From a virus: 64,000 bases of DNA. Shown here piece by piece: positions 18,231-27,935 of this stretch; positions within the stretch are counted from its first letter, which is position 1, and each line of letters opens with the position of its first letter. The stretch spans positions 20,545-84,544 of the IMG/VR virus record IMGVR_UViG_2932987669_000001; one strand, given 5' to 3'. The notes under the pieces are model-generated. The model saw only the letters and a program-made list of their open reading frames with translations, ran no database searches and had not been told where the DNA came from. A program made the position numbers and the translations under genes.

Positions 18231-19168
18231 AAAACTCGGTTATTATTCCAGTTTGGAAAGTAAAACTTGCAATAATCGGTTTTGGCTTGTCCTTTTTTTG
18301 CCCCCTTGTAGCGATTAGTATAGCCTTAATGATGTCTCCTGATAAAATATTCTCACAGATCGACAAAGAACAAATGCTTGAAAGCGTCAACATTGCATTT
18401 GATTCCACGAGGAATACAGAGTCTTTTGCGAATATTTCATCTGAAGCTTTAGATATAGAATTCCATGGAGTGTTAAGCCATGGGAGCAAACAAGAAAAAA
18501 TTCTAAAGTTGAAAGACGAAATGAATTGTTTTATTCAAGATGCTTTCGAGAGTGAAACCTTAAATGAAACCATATTCTCGATTCACCAGTACGGGTATGG
18601 TTCATTTGAAAAAATGTTGAACCCCATGCTTGAAAATTCACCTGCTTATAATAACGGAAGGAGGGTGAATCAAGACGCATTGGAAATATTTAGAGATAGC
18701 TCGATTGCTTTGAGTTTAATCTCAAAAAATACTTTATCCCTGCTTCAGAATAATCAGAAAAAAGCCAACTATTTGGGGATGAAATTAGTCGCCTCTCAAT
18801 ATGCTACCTATGTTTTGACTGGCCTTGGTTTTTTGGGGTTGTTACTTACCTTACCCTTCTTTTTTGTTAACATCGAGACAAAGAACGAAAAAACCTTGTT
18901 GATAAAAGCTCCCGGGTGGCGCCTTTCGCTCTTCTCTAGATTGGTTTTTGGACAAAAAGCCTACAGTGCAGAATTCTTAGAGCTTCAATCGAATTTAGAT
19001 GATGAATATTTTGAGGCGTATTCCGATGGTAGGATTAAGGAAGCAAGCTGGATTCATCTCAGATATATAGTTATATTCTGGACTCTCTTTTTGAAAAAAG
19101 TGCTCAGAGGCCCCTTCTACCTTTTCAAAGAGTTAGTGTCAATCCAAAACAAAATCGACAAACTTTAA
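18227..19168 (+). CDS. Membrane protein coupled to PadR
   Basis: ATGA overlap; TM segments near N-terminus and ~aa 190-215; C-terminal PGWRL...DDEYFEA...GRIKEASWI resembles PadR-neighbour permease-prefix domains; AT-rich. Confidence 0.7.
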   Translation: MKNSVIIPVWKVKLAIIGFGLSFFCPLVAISIALMMSPDKIFSQIDKEQMLESVNIAFDSTRNTESFANISSEALDIEFHGVLSHGSKQEKILKLKDEMNCFIQDAFESETLNETIFSIHQYGYGSFEKMLNPMLENSPAYNNGRRVNQDALEIFRDSSIALSLISKNTLSLLQNNQKKANYLGMKLVASQYATYVLTGLGFLGLLLTLPFFFVNIETKNEKTLLIKAPGWRLSLFSRLVFGQKAYSAEFLELQSNLDDEYFEAYSDGRIKEASWIHLRYIVIFWTLFLKKVLRGPFYLFKELVSIQNKIDKL

Positions 19169-19195
19169 GCTCTTTATGGCCTTCTGACAGGAGTT

Positions 19196-19702
19196 TTGAT
19201 TTATGGAAACACTATGAGTTCATCGCATGGACTATACATCTTCACCGTCTTTAATTGTTTTTCCAGGCAGGGGCAGGTCTCGACTCTGTTTGATGAAGAC
19301 TGTGTAAGAAGAAACTTACTAATTTGGAGTCTTCAAGGCCCGGCCCTACAGGAAACCATAGAGATGGGACCAAAAAATCAAACTTGTGAGCAAACCAGTC
19401 AGGTGACTTTGTGCAAAATAGCGTTGCACCTACAAGGCTTCCAGTTGTACTTTCTCACTGCCCAGTACAAAACACTGATCCGCTCAGCAATGCCACTGGC
19501 CAAACAGAGAAACGACCGGTCTACCTACAAAATCACCGGCATCGAGATCAAAGGGGCCATCCCGACGATCAAAGCGGAGCGGTTCTCCACGCTGAGATGC
19601 TACACCGACTCGGGATTCTTCATCCGGGTGCGCCTCGGTGAAAATGGCAAGTACATGATTATTGAAGAATACACGGAGACCCAGCCCCATTCCGATTGCT
19701 GA
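19196..19702 (+). CDS. Hypothetical protein (start uncertain)
   Basis: ORF only; the 3' part has more coding-like codon use. Confidence 0.35.
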   Translation: MIYGNTMSSSHGLYIFTVFNCFSRQGQVSTLFDEDCVRRNLLIWSLQGPALQETIEMGPKNQTCEQTSQVTLCKIALHLQGFQLYFLTAQYKTLIRSAMPLAKQRNDRSTYKITGIEIKGAIPTIKAERFSTLRCYTDSGFFIRVRLGENGKYMIIEEYTETQPHSDC

Positions 19703-19841
19703 GTTACAGAAAGAGAAATAAGGCGATTTCCGTGAGAATCTACTAGTTGTTATCGGTGGAAAATATCGTCGCAAAAAAATGGGGCACTTTTAGTCTCGGG
19801 GAAAGGGAGCGAGCTTGCCATTTGAAATGGGGAGGGGCAAG

Positions 19842-22800
19842 ATGGATTTAGCGTGGAAGGATAAAGGATATCTACTACTTCAGTTTAAAATGCGGTGTTA
19901 TAAGCAAAATGCTATTGAATTTCAAAGTTTTTTTGAAGAGGTAATGGAGGAGGTATATGATGACTTTCGGAAGATAAGGCCTCATGGAAACCTTGGAGAT
20001 GGTGGGAATGATGGATATCGACCTAGCGTAGGCGAATACTATCAGGTTTACTCTCCTCGTCAGCCACAGTTTAAAGACACCGATGCTGCCAAAAAGTTTA
20101 AAGACAATTTTAAAACTCTGAAAGCAACCTGGGGTGAATTTGACAATGTAAAAACGTATTATCTTGTATTTAACGATAAATATCATGGGTCTTCACTTCC
20201 CCTGGAAAAGGCACGCATAGAACTAAAAAGAGAAAATCCAGATGTTTTATTTGATATAGTTCTTGCTAGAGATTTTGAAAGGCTGTTTTTAAAGTTAGGT
20301 CAAGAGTCTTTGCTTCGACTTGATTTTGATATTGACAGTAGAAGAGCAGTGGAGATCGTTACAAATATTTTTGATCAGGTCAAAGATTTATTGAAAAAAG
20401 GGCAAGGTGAAAGCGCCTATGGCTTGTTGCAAGCAAATGAAATTGGGTTACATATACTGAATGATGATCATTTGTTGCATCAGCAAAGGGTTCTGGAATG
20501 TAGGTGTTTAATTTCCTTAGAACGAATCCCAGAAGTAAAAGAAAAATGCCAGCACCTACTGCTTGGAAAACCAGAAGATATAGATTTCCTTTGCATCCTC
20601 ATGGATCTAAGTTTGAGCTGCCGAGACTTTGCTGGATTTGAAGAAAAATTAAACCAAGCCAAACATATCGACCAGGGCAGCATAAGAGCTTATTGCCTCG
20701 AGCTTGAGTGTATTATGTTGTCTAATGGTGAGGTGACGGATGAAAACCTGAACTACTTGTACAAAAGAGCCGATTACTCACCGCCGTTTGTAAGTGTGAC
20801 ATTATCCTATGCTTGTGATTATTTGGGAAGGTTTGAAGAGGCAGATAAATGGATGAGGTTTGTAGAAAACAATGACCAAGACGATCTGGCTGCTCACTTG
20901 GGGGCGTTGTGTATTTTGCATTCTAGGGGGAATCGAGCCCAGGATCCTCAGAAGAGAGCAGAGATTAATAAAGAGCTACAGGAAAAATCTAAACTTGTTT
21001 ATGATCACTTTAGTCAATTTGGCCCTCTCTCTCCGAGGGACAGGGTTCTTTTGCAATACTTATCAATTCAGAATGACTTAGAGACAAGGGACTATGAGCA
21101 AATTATTAATAAGTCTTCTCATGCGATTTCACTCGTTATGAAATGCTATTTTGATTACCAGATAGCAATTATTCTGACTAAAAATTTGCAAGTAGCTGAG
21201 TTGTCAAAAAAGATACTAAGCGAGCTATTGGCTTTTCTTGAGGCATCTTCGTTTTCTCCGCCATTGTTTCTGCAAAAACAATTGTTATTACTGTTTTTGT
21301 CTTCGAATATTTCCATGAGCGAAATCAAAGAATACTTCATAAATACTCAGCAAAGGCAGTTACTATCTCTCCTGGAGAATATTGAGGAGAAACGCTTTGA
21401 GGGGGCCCTGGAAGAGCTCCGAAACGATTTAGATTTCGCTTACCATCTGGCGCTGGGCGTTAAACGGTTTCCTGAGTTTCGTAGATATTTGTATTCAAAA
21501 CTTCCTGACTTGCCTGATCATCCAAAGGGTGCTATTTCCCTCATTTTGTCTGTGGACGAGGGTTGTTATGAAGAGACGTTAAAGTTTCTGCAAAATATCT
21601 GTTTAGATACCCTGAGCTACTACCATAAAAACTATTTGCTCAAGGCTGTGAGAGACAAGAAGGCGTGGGATATTGAGATTTTCTTACTGGAGAAACTTCT
21701 AGGGGAAGAATGGGACTCTGAAAAGCTATGGTCAATTAAATACAGGTTAATCTATCTGTATTATTCATCGCAACAATACCTTAAAGTCATCCTCTTAGGA
21801 GAAGAGCTTCTTCTGGCTTGTCTAGAGGAAAACGTTCTTACCAAAGAGGAGGTTAGGCGTGTGCTTTGGGCAACTCTTCAATCATGCCTGTGCCAAGGGA
21901 AAGTGGAGTCTCGTTTTTTTGACAGAGCCCTAGATCTGCTCGAGCGCTTTTCTGGCTATGACTCAAGTTTTGATTTTCTCTTGAACACCAAAGCTATTGC
22001 AGAAATAAAAAGTAATAACCCAAAAGCAGCAACTGAAACCATACTCAAGGCGATAAAGGAAAAAGGCCTCCTCTCCCTTGAGGATTGTAATAGCGTATTC
22101 CAGGTAGTCGTATTTGAATTAGGAGAATCTGAGTGTCTTTCAAATAGCTCGCTTGAAGTGGTTACTCCTGACTCGTTTGTAAAATTTAAAGACAGTGACA
22201 AGTGGTATGTGATGAGCGAATCTTCTCTGCTTGAAGCTGTTCCGGTCCCTAAGAAATCTTCAAGGTACAAGGTTTACTTAGGACAAAGACCCAATGTTCC
22301 ATTCATATTTTCGAGAAAGTTCTCCTCTGAAACACTAGAAATAGAACGGATTTTTTGCTTTAAGAACTATGCGTTTTGGTATGTTTTCCAAAAGATTGGT
22401 CATGCAATAAATCAAGATTTGATTCCAGGGGTTGTCTCAATTCCTGTTAAAAAAGATAGCAAAGGATTTGACTTTGGGAATCTAATTTCCGTACTGAAAG
22501 AAGAAAGGAATCATGGTGCAGAGTATTTTCACCAATATTGTAACAACAATTGGCCTTTTGCTGCATTAGCAACACATGAAGGAGGAATCCTTTCTGCAGT
22601 TCAGAGAATAGCGAGCGAAGGAAGAGGTAGCATACGTTTTAGAGCAGGCGGTATTCAAGAGTATCAAAATCAACTTTGCACAGCGAGAAAGTTAATTGAG
22701 GAAAAGCGCTCCTTTTTCCTTGATGGAACATCGGCATTTTTTCTGGTGATTTCAGGTCTATTGGATAAGGTGTGCGATTCTTTCCCTGGTATGAGAGTTC

Positions 22801-23687
22801 CGCAATCCGTTGTCAATTTATTAGCTCAAATTGTCGATCGATACGAGGATAGAGCCAATTCTAGAGGTTTTCTTGGTCTTCGAAATGATCAGCTTTTGTT
22901 GACAGTTATTAGCTCCGAAGATAGAAGAGCTAACAAGGATCAGATCACTAAGGCTATCCAGAAAATCCAGAGCACTCACGAGAGGGTCGTTTTCATTTCC
23001 GATGCTAATAGGTCGGATTTTTTTTCAGAAAAAGAAATACTTCCAGAGTTTGCAGATGCAACAATTTTGGCCCAAAAAGAAGGATGCTGCATTCTAACCG
23101 ATGATTTTTATTACCTTCACCTTAATCACATGGAAACAGGCAAACCCATTCCCGATTACACCTCTTCTCTTGGGCTTATTACCGAAATGCTCACTGCAGG
23201 TTTAATATCCTTTGAACAGTATCTTGATTTTTTTCAGTTATTGTCTCGATTTCGTTTTGCCCCTCTACCTCTTGGTGAATCAGAAATTAAAAGGGCAATA
23301 TTTGGAATGAGACGAATTGTCGAGTTAAATTTTGACAATATTAGTAAATTGAACCTACCTTATATTTTATCCTCTGCGAATGGAGCCATTAGAAAGAAGG
23401 TGGGAGTTCTTTTTGCTGATTTTTTTCGAGAGCTTCTCTTTGATCATTCGATTTCTTCGGGAATTATTGGCAAATTATTTGCTGAAATCCTAAAAAATCT
23501 TCCAGAGGAAATGGATTCCACTCAAATTGGACAAGAAATTCTCGCCTATTGTGTAATTGCAAGCCAGAAAGGGAAATCTGCAGTACTGTACTGGCCCAGT
23601 GATCAAGTGGTTGAACAAAAATTATTTTCGCTTTTTGAAGTTTTAACATTGTGTGATTTTAGAAGAAAGGCTGGATATTCGATATAG
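19842..23687 (+). CDS. Large AT-rich protein: N-terminal PD-(D/E)xK-like nuclease, TPR-like helical region, C-terminal PIN domain (probable defence protein)
   Basis: N-term FQSFFEEVM...IRPHGNLGDGGNDGY...YYQVYSP; long helical repeats; PIN-like FFLDGTS...VPQSVV...DATILA...ILTDDF; ATG 19842 with GGAGGG RBS. Confidence 0.7.
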   Translation: MDLAWKDKGYLLLQFKMRCYKQNAIEFQSFFEEVMEEVYDDFRKIRPHGNLGDGGNDGYRPSVGEYYQVYSPRQPQFKDTDAAKKFKDNFKTLKATWGEFDNVKTYYLVFNDKYHGSSLPLEKARIELKRENPDVLFDIVLARDFERLFLKLGQESLLRLDFDIDSRRAVEIVTNIFDQVKDLLKKGQGESAYGLLQANEIGLHILNDDHLLHQQRVLECRCLISLERIPEVKEKCQHLLLGKPEDIDFLCILMDLSLSCRDFAGFEEKLNQAKHIDQGSIRAYCLELECIMLSNGEVTDENLNYLYKRADYSPPFVSVTLSYACDYLGRFEEADKWMRFVENNDQDDLAAHLGALCILHSRGNRAQDPQKRAEINKELQEKSKLVYDHFSQFGPLSPRDRVLLQYLSIQNDLETRDYEQIINKSSHAISLVMKCYFDYQIAIILTKNLQVAELSKKILSELLAFLEASSFSPPLFLQKQLLLLFLSSNISMSEIKEYFINTQQRQLLSLLENIEEKRFEGALEELRNDLDFAYHLALGVKRFPEFRRYLYSKLPDLPDHPKGAISLILSVDEGCYEETLKFLQNICLDTLSYYHKNYLLKAVRDKKAWDIEIFLLEKLLGEEWDSEKLWSIKYRLIYLYYSSQQYLKVILLGEELLLACLEENVLTKEEVRRVLWATLQSCLCQGKVESRFFDRALDLLERFSGYDSSFDFLLNTKAIAEIKSNNPKAATETILKAIKEKGLLSLEDCNSVFQVVVFELGESECLSNSSLEVVTPDSFVKFKDSDKWYVMSESSLLEAVPVPKKSSRYKVYLGQRPNVPFIFSRKFSSETLEIERIFCFKNYAFWYVFQKIGHAINQDLIPGVVSIPVKKDSKGFDFGNLISVLKEERNHGAEYFHQYCNNNWPFAALATHEGGILSAVQRIASEGRGSIRFRAGGIQEYQNQLCTARKLIEEKRSFFLDGTSAFFLVISGLLDKVCDSFPGMRVPQSVVNLLAQIVDRYEDRANSRGFLGLRNDQLLLTVISSEDRRANKDQITKAIQKIQSTHERVVFISDANRSDFFSEKEILPEFADATILAQKEGCCILTDDFYYLHLNHMETGKPIPDYTSSLGLITEMLTAGLISFEQYLDFFQLLSRFRFAPLPLGESEIKRAIFGMRRIVELNFDNISKLNLPYILSSANGAIRKKVGVLFADFFRELLFDHSISSGIIGKLFAEILKNLPEEMDSTQIGQEILAYCVIASQKGKSAVLYWPSDQVVEQKLFSLFEVLTLCDFRRKAGYSI

Positions 23688-23910
23688 ATTAATGCTGTAT
23701 CAGTGCGTCGTTCTTGATATGTTTTTTTTGCCCCCCTCCTTGTTTTCTAAAGTCTGAGCCCACATAAATCTTACCCCATGGTGAAGTGGCTCTCATGGTC
23801 TCCGCGGCGGGTGCGATATTAGGATGGGGGCTCTTTTACCGATTGCGCGCTATTAGGGTTTGCATTGAGTGCATGAGCTTGAAAAATAATTTTCGATAAA
23901 TCCATCAAAA

Positions 23911-23952
23911 TCGACCCGTTTTCCTTCGGCTTTCTGTAGTTAGTCCTCAACC
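23911..23952 (+). promoter_or_regulatory. Bipartite late-promoter-like motif, copy 3 (before tail operon)
   Basis: GACCCG-N15-CTGTAGTTAGTCCTCAACC. Confidence 0.75.
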
Positions 23953-23972
23953 CACCGAGGTTGGAGGACGCC

Positions 23973-24539
23973 GTGGAAACCCTACGCGACATCGTCGAAG
24001 CCCTGATCCGCCTGTTCCAGCGAGAGGTCCATGAACGGGCCGTGCTGGTGCCTCTCGACGACGTCCACGAAATCAAAAGCCCGCCGAGCCTGATCCTTCA
24101 GGGCCCGGCCTTGGCCGAGAACCGGTGCCGTCGGGTCCAAGCCTTCGAAGTCTGCAAGGATCTCGACCGGCTGACCTATGAGCGCTGGCCCGCGCCGAGG
24201 CTCTACCACCTGGACTTCGATATCGTCGCGACCACGGCCAACGATGCCCAGTTGCTGGATCTCCAGGCGAAGATCACGCGCTTCTATCTCGACCACCCGG
24301 TCCTCGCCATCGAGGATCGCGGCGCGTTGAACCTGACCGAGCTGGTGCCAATGGGAAGTCTGCGGCGGGTCAACCTCTCCAATCTCAAGCAAAGTGCCGG
24401 TCGCCTTCGCATCGAGGATTGCCCGATCTACGGGAACGCCGTCGAGGAAGGACGACTGATCGTCGACCGCCACTTCGAATTCCGGGGTGGCCTGGTCGAA
24501 GACCGTCGGTTCACATCTCAACCTGAGGAGTCGCCTTGA
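23973..24539 (+). CDS. Putative tail terminator (Pvc16/Afp16-like position)
   Basis: GTG with GGAGG RBS; precedes sheath; PRLYHLDFDIVATT...LL resembles tail-terminator proteins. Confidence 0.5.
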   Translation: METLRDIVEALIRLFQREVHERAVLVPLDDVHEIKSPPSLILQGPALAENRCRRVQAFEVCKDLDRLTYERWPAPRLYHLDFDIVATTANDAQLLDLQAKITRFYLDHPVLAIEDRGALNLTELVPMGSLRRVNLSNLKQSAGRLRIEDCPIYGNAVEEGRLIVDRHFEFRGGLVEDRRFTSQPEESP

Positions 24540-24766
24540 TAGCCATCAAAAACCTGTTGTTTCAACCGCTTGCGATCCCGCTGACTGGAGGTCAGAGCCT
24601 TCATCTTCAACCAAGAGAGACACAGGAAGTTCCCGATAACCAGATCTCACATGATCTCCTGGCAGCCGAAAAGCGTGGCCTGATCCACATGGAAACCAAG
24701 GCCGGAACCCAGTCTGCCAATTCGAAACCCAAACCCACCAGAAGAAAAAGGAAGCCCCGCGCATGA
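24536..24766 (+). CDS. Small hypothetical tail-region protein
   Basis: Overlapping start/stop with both neighbours; basic C-terminus. Confidence 0.65.
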   Translation: MIAIKNLLFQPLAIPLTGGQSLHLQPRETQEVPDNQISHDLLAAEKRGLIHMETKAGTQSANSKPKPTRRKRKPRA

Positions 24767-26628
24767 CGACCTATCTTTCGCCCGGCATTTACACGAAGGA
24801 AACGGATTTTTCCTTCTACGTCAAACAGATCTCCACATCCAGCGCGGCCATGGTCGGTGTCGCCGAACGCGTGCCCATCAATTCTCCCTCACTGGTAACG
24901 AGCTGGGAGCAGTTCGCCAACCGCTACGGCGGCTACATCCAGGCCGGATACCTTGCCTACGCGGCCAGGGCCTTTTTCGATAATGGCGGAAGAACCTTGT
25001 ACGTCAACCGCGTGGCGCACCTAACCGATCCCATGGATCGACAATCGCTCACCGCGGTCTCGGCATCCCACACGCTGCTGGACCGGCGCGGTGTGACCGC
25101 CTCGCTCGAAACCGGCCAGGCCGGGACCGACCGCATCACCTGGCAAGCCCGGGAAGCCGGTACTTCGGGCAACGTCCTTTCGGTGGTGCTTGACGCAAGC
25201 GGGATCGACACACCGCTTTCCGTCGAAGTCGCCGGCAACGTGATTCGTGTCCACTTGGCAACCGATTCGGCAGGGACCGCCACCAGCACGGCCAATGAGA
25301 TTGTGGCGGCCATCGATACGGACAGCGAGGCCTCGGCTCTGGTCACCCTTCGATCCGAGGACACGGGTTTTGTCACGCCTGTGACAGAAACCCCGCTGGC
25401 CGGCGGAACAAACGGCCAAGCCACCTTGGAAGTTACCGCCATCAATGAAGGGACATGGGGTAATGACCTGACCGTCTACACTGTAGACAGCACGCGACAG
25501 CCTACGGACCGATTCAACCTCATCGTCCGCTATCAGAACCGCATCGTCGAAGTTCACCGCGACCTGAGCATGGACGAATCCTCCCGCGACCATGTCGAAG
25601 CGGTTGTGAACGAGGCTTCGGAGTTCATCCGGGTCCGGGATCTGGGCAATGGATCCGGCTATCCCGACGACCGGCCCGGTATCGGTGAATTCGTACTGTC
25701 CGGTGGTGATGACGGCCTGGCCGGTCTGAATGACCAAGACTTCATCGGTGATGCGGCAGCCCACTCCGGCATTCGCGCCTTTGACGAAATCGATGCGCTC
25801 AATCTGGTGGCGGTGCCCGGCGTGACCACGGCGCCCGTCATTCAAGCCGGCATCACCTACGCCGAGAACCGCAAAGACCTGTTGTTCATCGCCGACGCAC
25901 CGCTGCACCTGGAACCTCTGGAAGTGATCCAGTGGCGGAAAGGTCAAGGCGGCTACACGCACACAGCGTTCAATTCGACCTATGGGGCCGTCTACTATCC
26001 CTGGCTGCAAATCAGCGATCCGCTGACCAGCAAAAAGAAGTTGATTCCTCCGAGCGGCGCGGTTTGCGGCTGCATTGCCCGCAGCGATCAGAAAACCAAT
26101 GTCTGGTCGGCGCCCGCTGGCACGGAGCGCGGTCGGATTTTCAACGTGCTGAATGTCGGCTATCGCGTTTCGCGCGGCGACATGGACGCACTTTACCCGG
26201 AAGGGATCAATTCGATTGTGGCCAACCCGGACACGGGCGTCGTGATTTGGGGCCAAAGGACCTTGACTCTCCAACCTTCGGCCCTGGATCGGATCAATGT
26301 GCGTCGCCTCATGATGTACATGGAAGAGGCCATCGGCGAGAGTTCGCGGTTTGTCATCTTCGAACCGAATCATCCGCAGACCTGGCGGGCTTTGCTTCGC
26401 CTGTTAAATCCGTTTCTTTTGGACATCCAACAGAACGGCGGCCTGTATGAGTTTCGCGTCCAGTGCGACGAGGAGACCAACACGCCGGCCGTCATTGACC
26501 GGAACGAGATGCGAGCCCGCGTCTTCGTCAAGCCCACCAAAACCGCTGAATTCGTGGAGTTGAATTTCGTGTTGATCACAACCGGCGCCAGCTTCGACGA
26601 AATCTTCGCTGAGACCAACAGGAGGTAA
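24763..26628 (+). CDS. Contractile tail sheath protein
   Basis: YLSPGIY..E N-terminus, YYPW, PPSG...G..AR, WGQRTL, INVRRL, FEPN, KPTKTAEFV. Confidence 0.95.
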   Translation: MTTYLSPGIYTKETDFSFYVKQISTSSAAMVGVAERVPINSPSLVTSWEQFANRYGGYIQAGYLAYAARAFFDNGGRTLYVNRVAHLTDPMDRQSLTAVSASHTLLDRRGVTASLETGQAGTDRITWQAREAGTSGNVLSVVLDASGIDTPLSVEVAGNVIRVHLATDSAGTATSTANEIVAAIDTDSEASALVTLRSEDTGFVTPVTETPLAGGTNGQATLEVTAINEGTWGNDLTVYTVDSTRQPTDRFNLIVRYQNRIVEVHRDLSMDESSRDHVEAVVNEASEFIRVRDLGNGSGYPDDRPGIGEFVLSGGDDGLAGLNDQDFIGDAAAHSGIRAFDEIDALNLVAVPGVTTAPVIQAGITYAENRKDLLFIADAPLHLEPLEVIQWRKGQGGYTHTAFNSTYGAVYYPWLQISDPLTSKKKLIPPSGAVCGCIARSDQKTNVWSAPAGTERGRIFNVLNVGYRVSRGDMDALYPEGINSIVANPDTGVVIWGQRTLTLQPSALDRINVRRLMMYMEEAIGESSRFVIFEPNHPQTWRALLRLLNPFLLDIQQNGGLYEFRVQCDEETNTPAVIDRNEMRARVFVKPTKTAEFVELNFVLITTGASFDEIFAETNRR

Positions 26629-26632
26629 CCCT

Positions 26633-27097
26633 ATGGAACACGCGGGAACCATGCCCAAGTCCTTGTACCAGAATTGGCAGTTCGCCATCGAAATCAACGG
26701 GTTCGACGTGGCCCTGTTCAAGAAGGCGAGCTTGCCCAAGACCGAGTTCGACGAGACCACCTTCTCGCCTGGCGGGTCCATGTTCGACCAAAAGGTCGCG
26801 GGCCGCGCCAAGTTCGAGGACGTCAACCTCGAAAAAGGGATCTTCCAAGACGGCAGCGACGAGGCCGCGCGCGACTGGGTCAAGAAGATCGTCGACGTCA
26901 ATGCCGGTGTCAGCAAACTGCCAAGCGACTACATGCGCGACGTGGATCTGGTCCAGTACGATCGAACCGGCTCAGAAACCCGGCGCTGGACATTGCACGG
27001 TGCTTGGATCAAGTCCCTTGAATACGACGAGCTGGACGGCTCCAGCTCGGAAAACACCCTCGAAAAGCTGGTCATCACCTACCAATACTGGACCTAA
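26633..27097 (+). CDS. Tail tube protein, T4 gp19 / eCIS Afp1-like
   Basis: FAIEING...F...K..GRAKFEDVNLEKG...W...RDVDLVQYD...RRWTLHGAW...ELDG...E.L...Y. Confidence 0.92.
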   Translation: MEHAGTMPKSLYQNWQFAIEINGFDVALFKKASLPKTEFDETTFSPGGSMFDQKVAGRAKFEDVNLEKGIFQDGSDEAARDWVKKIVDVNAGVSKLPSDYMRDVDLVQYDRTGSETRRWTLHGAWIKSLEYDELDGSSSENTLEKLVITYQYWT

Positions 27098-27108
27098 AGG
27101 AGATTTGG

Positions 27109-27786
27109 TTGTTTACCTTTGAATTGCCCTGCGGCCTGGAGGCCGAAATCCGGGAAATGACCGGCGCCGAAGAGGAAATTCTCACCAACCAGCGCCTGAT
27201 CCGCAACGGCTCGGCGATCAATCAAGTGTTGAAGAACTGCCTTGTGCGCCTTGGGGACAACGACTCCCCGACGATGAACGACGTGCTTGACCTGCTGTCG
27301 GGTGATCGGTTGGCCCTGCTGGTCGAGCTTCGTCGTGTGTCTCTTGGCAGCGAAGTGGAACTCGAGCTGGTGTGTACCAACCCGACCTGTCGGGAGGCCA
27401 ACCCTTTCACCGTGGATCTCGGCGCGCTTGAAACCAAGCCCTATGGTGACGCCCGCGAGTTCGAGTTCACCTTGCCGTCATCAAATCGAACAGTGAGGTT
27501 CCGGTACTTGGACGGCCACATGGAAAAGCGGTTGGCGACCTTGAAAGAGCCATCGATCGCGTCCGCCATGACGATGCGCATCATCGACATCGACGGGAAG
27601 CCGCCGTCCAAAAGGGTCATGCAGGACATGAGCCTTCGCGATCGCCAAGCCCTTCGCGCTGAAATGGACCGTGTCAACGCCGGGATCGACACCGCGATCA
27701 CTGTGGATTGCGAGGCCTGCGGCGAGCGGTTGCGCACTCGGCTCGAAGCGGAACCGGGTTTTTTGTTTCCCGGAGCCGCCTTGTAA
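27109..27786 (+). CDS. Tail assembly chaperone (T4 gp26-like, Zn-binding Cys pairs)
   Basis: REMTGAEEEILTN, DRLALLVELRRVSLG, CTNPTC and CEAC; between tube and tape measure. Confidence 0.75.
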   Translation: MFTFELPCGLEAEIREMTGAEEEILTNQRLIRNGSAINQVLKNCLVRLGDNDSPTMNDVLDLLSGDRLALLVELRRVSLGSEVELELVCTNPTCREANPFTVDLGALETKPYGDAREFEFTLPSSNRTVRFRYLDGHMEKRLATLKEPSIASAMTMRIIDIDGKPPSKRVMQDMSLRDRQALRAEMDRVNAGIDTAITVDCEACGERLRTRLEAEPGFLFPGAAL

Positions 27787-27935
27787 ACGACGCATTCTTC
27801 CTCGCATACGGGGGGCTCCATTGGGGCTTCCACGACATTCGCCATCTTCCGATTCGGCGGCGACAGGAGTTCGTGGAAGCCCTTGAACGGCAACTGGAAT
27901 TCGAGCGGCGGGAAGCCGAAAAAGCGAGGCGATGA
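27759..27935 (+). CDS. -1 frame extension of the tail chaperone (G-T / E' type)
   Basis: Slippery G GGT TTT TTG (six T, 27759-27764) at the end of the chaperone; -1 frame FFVSRSRLVNDAFFLAYGGLHWGFHDIRHLP...RQEF resembles gpE'-type chaperone tails; no own RBS or start. Confidence 0.75.
   Translation, partial: FFVSRSRLVNDAFFLAYGGLHWGFHDIRHLPIRRRQEFVEALERQLEFERREAEKARR

Noticed and set aside
25021-26373. 450-aa minus-strand ORF, and similar long ORFs at 56576-57820 and 59045-60232
   Set aside because: Antisense shadows of GC-rich sheath and Rhs genes with no motifs of their own.
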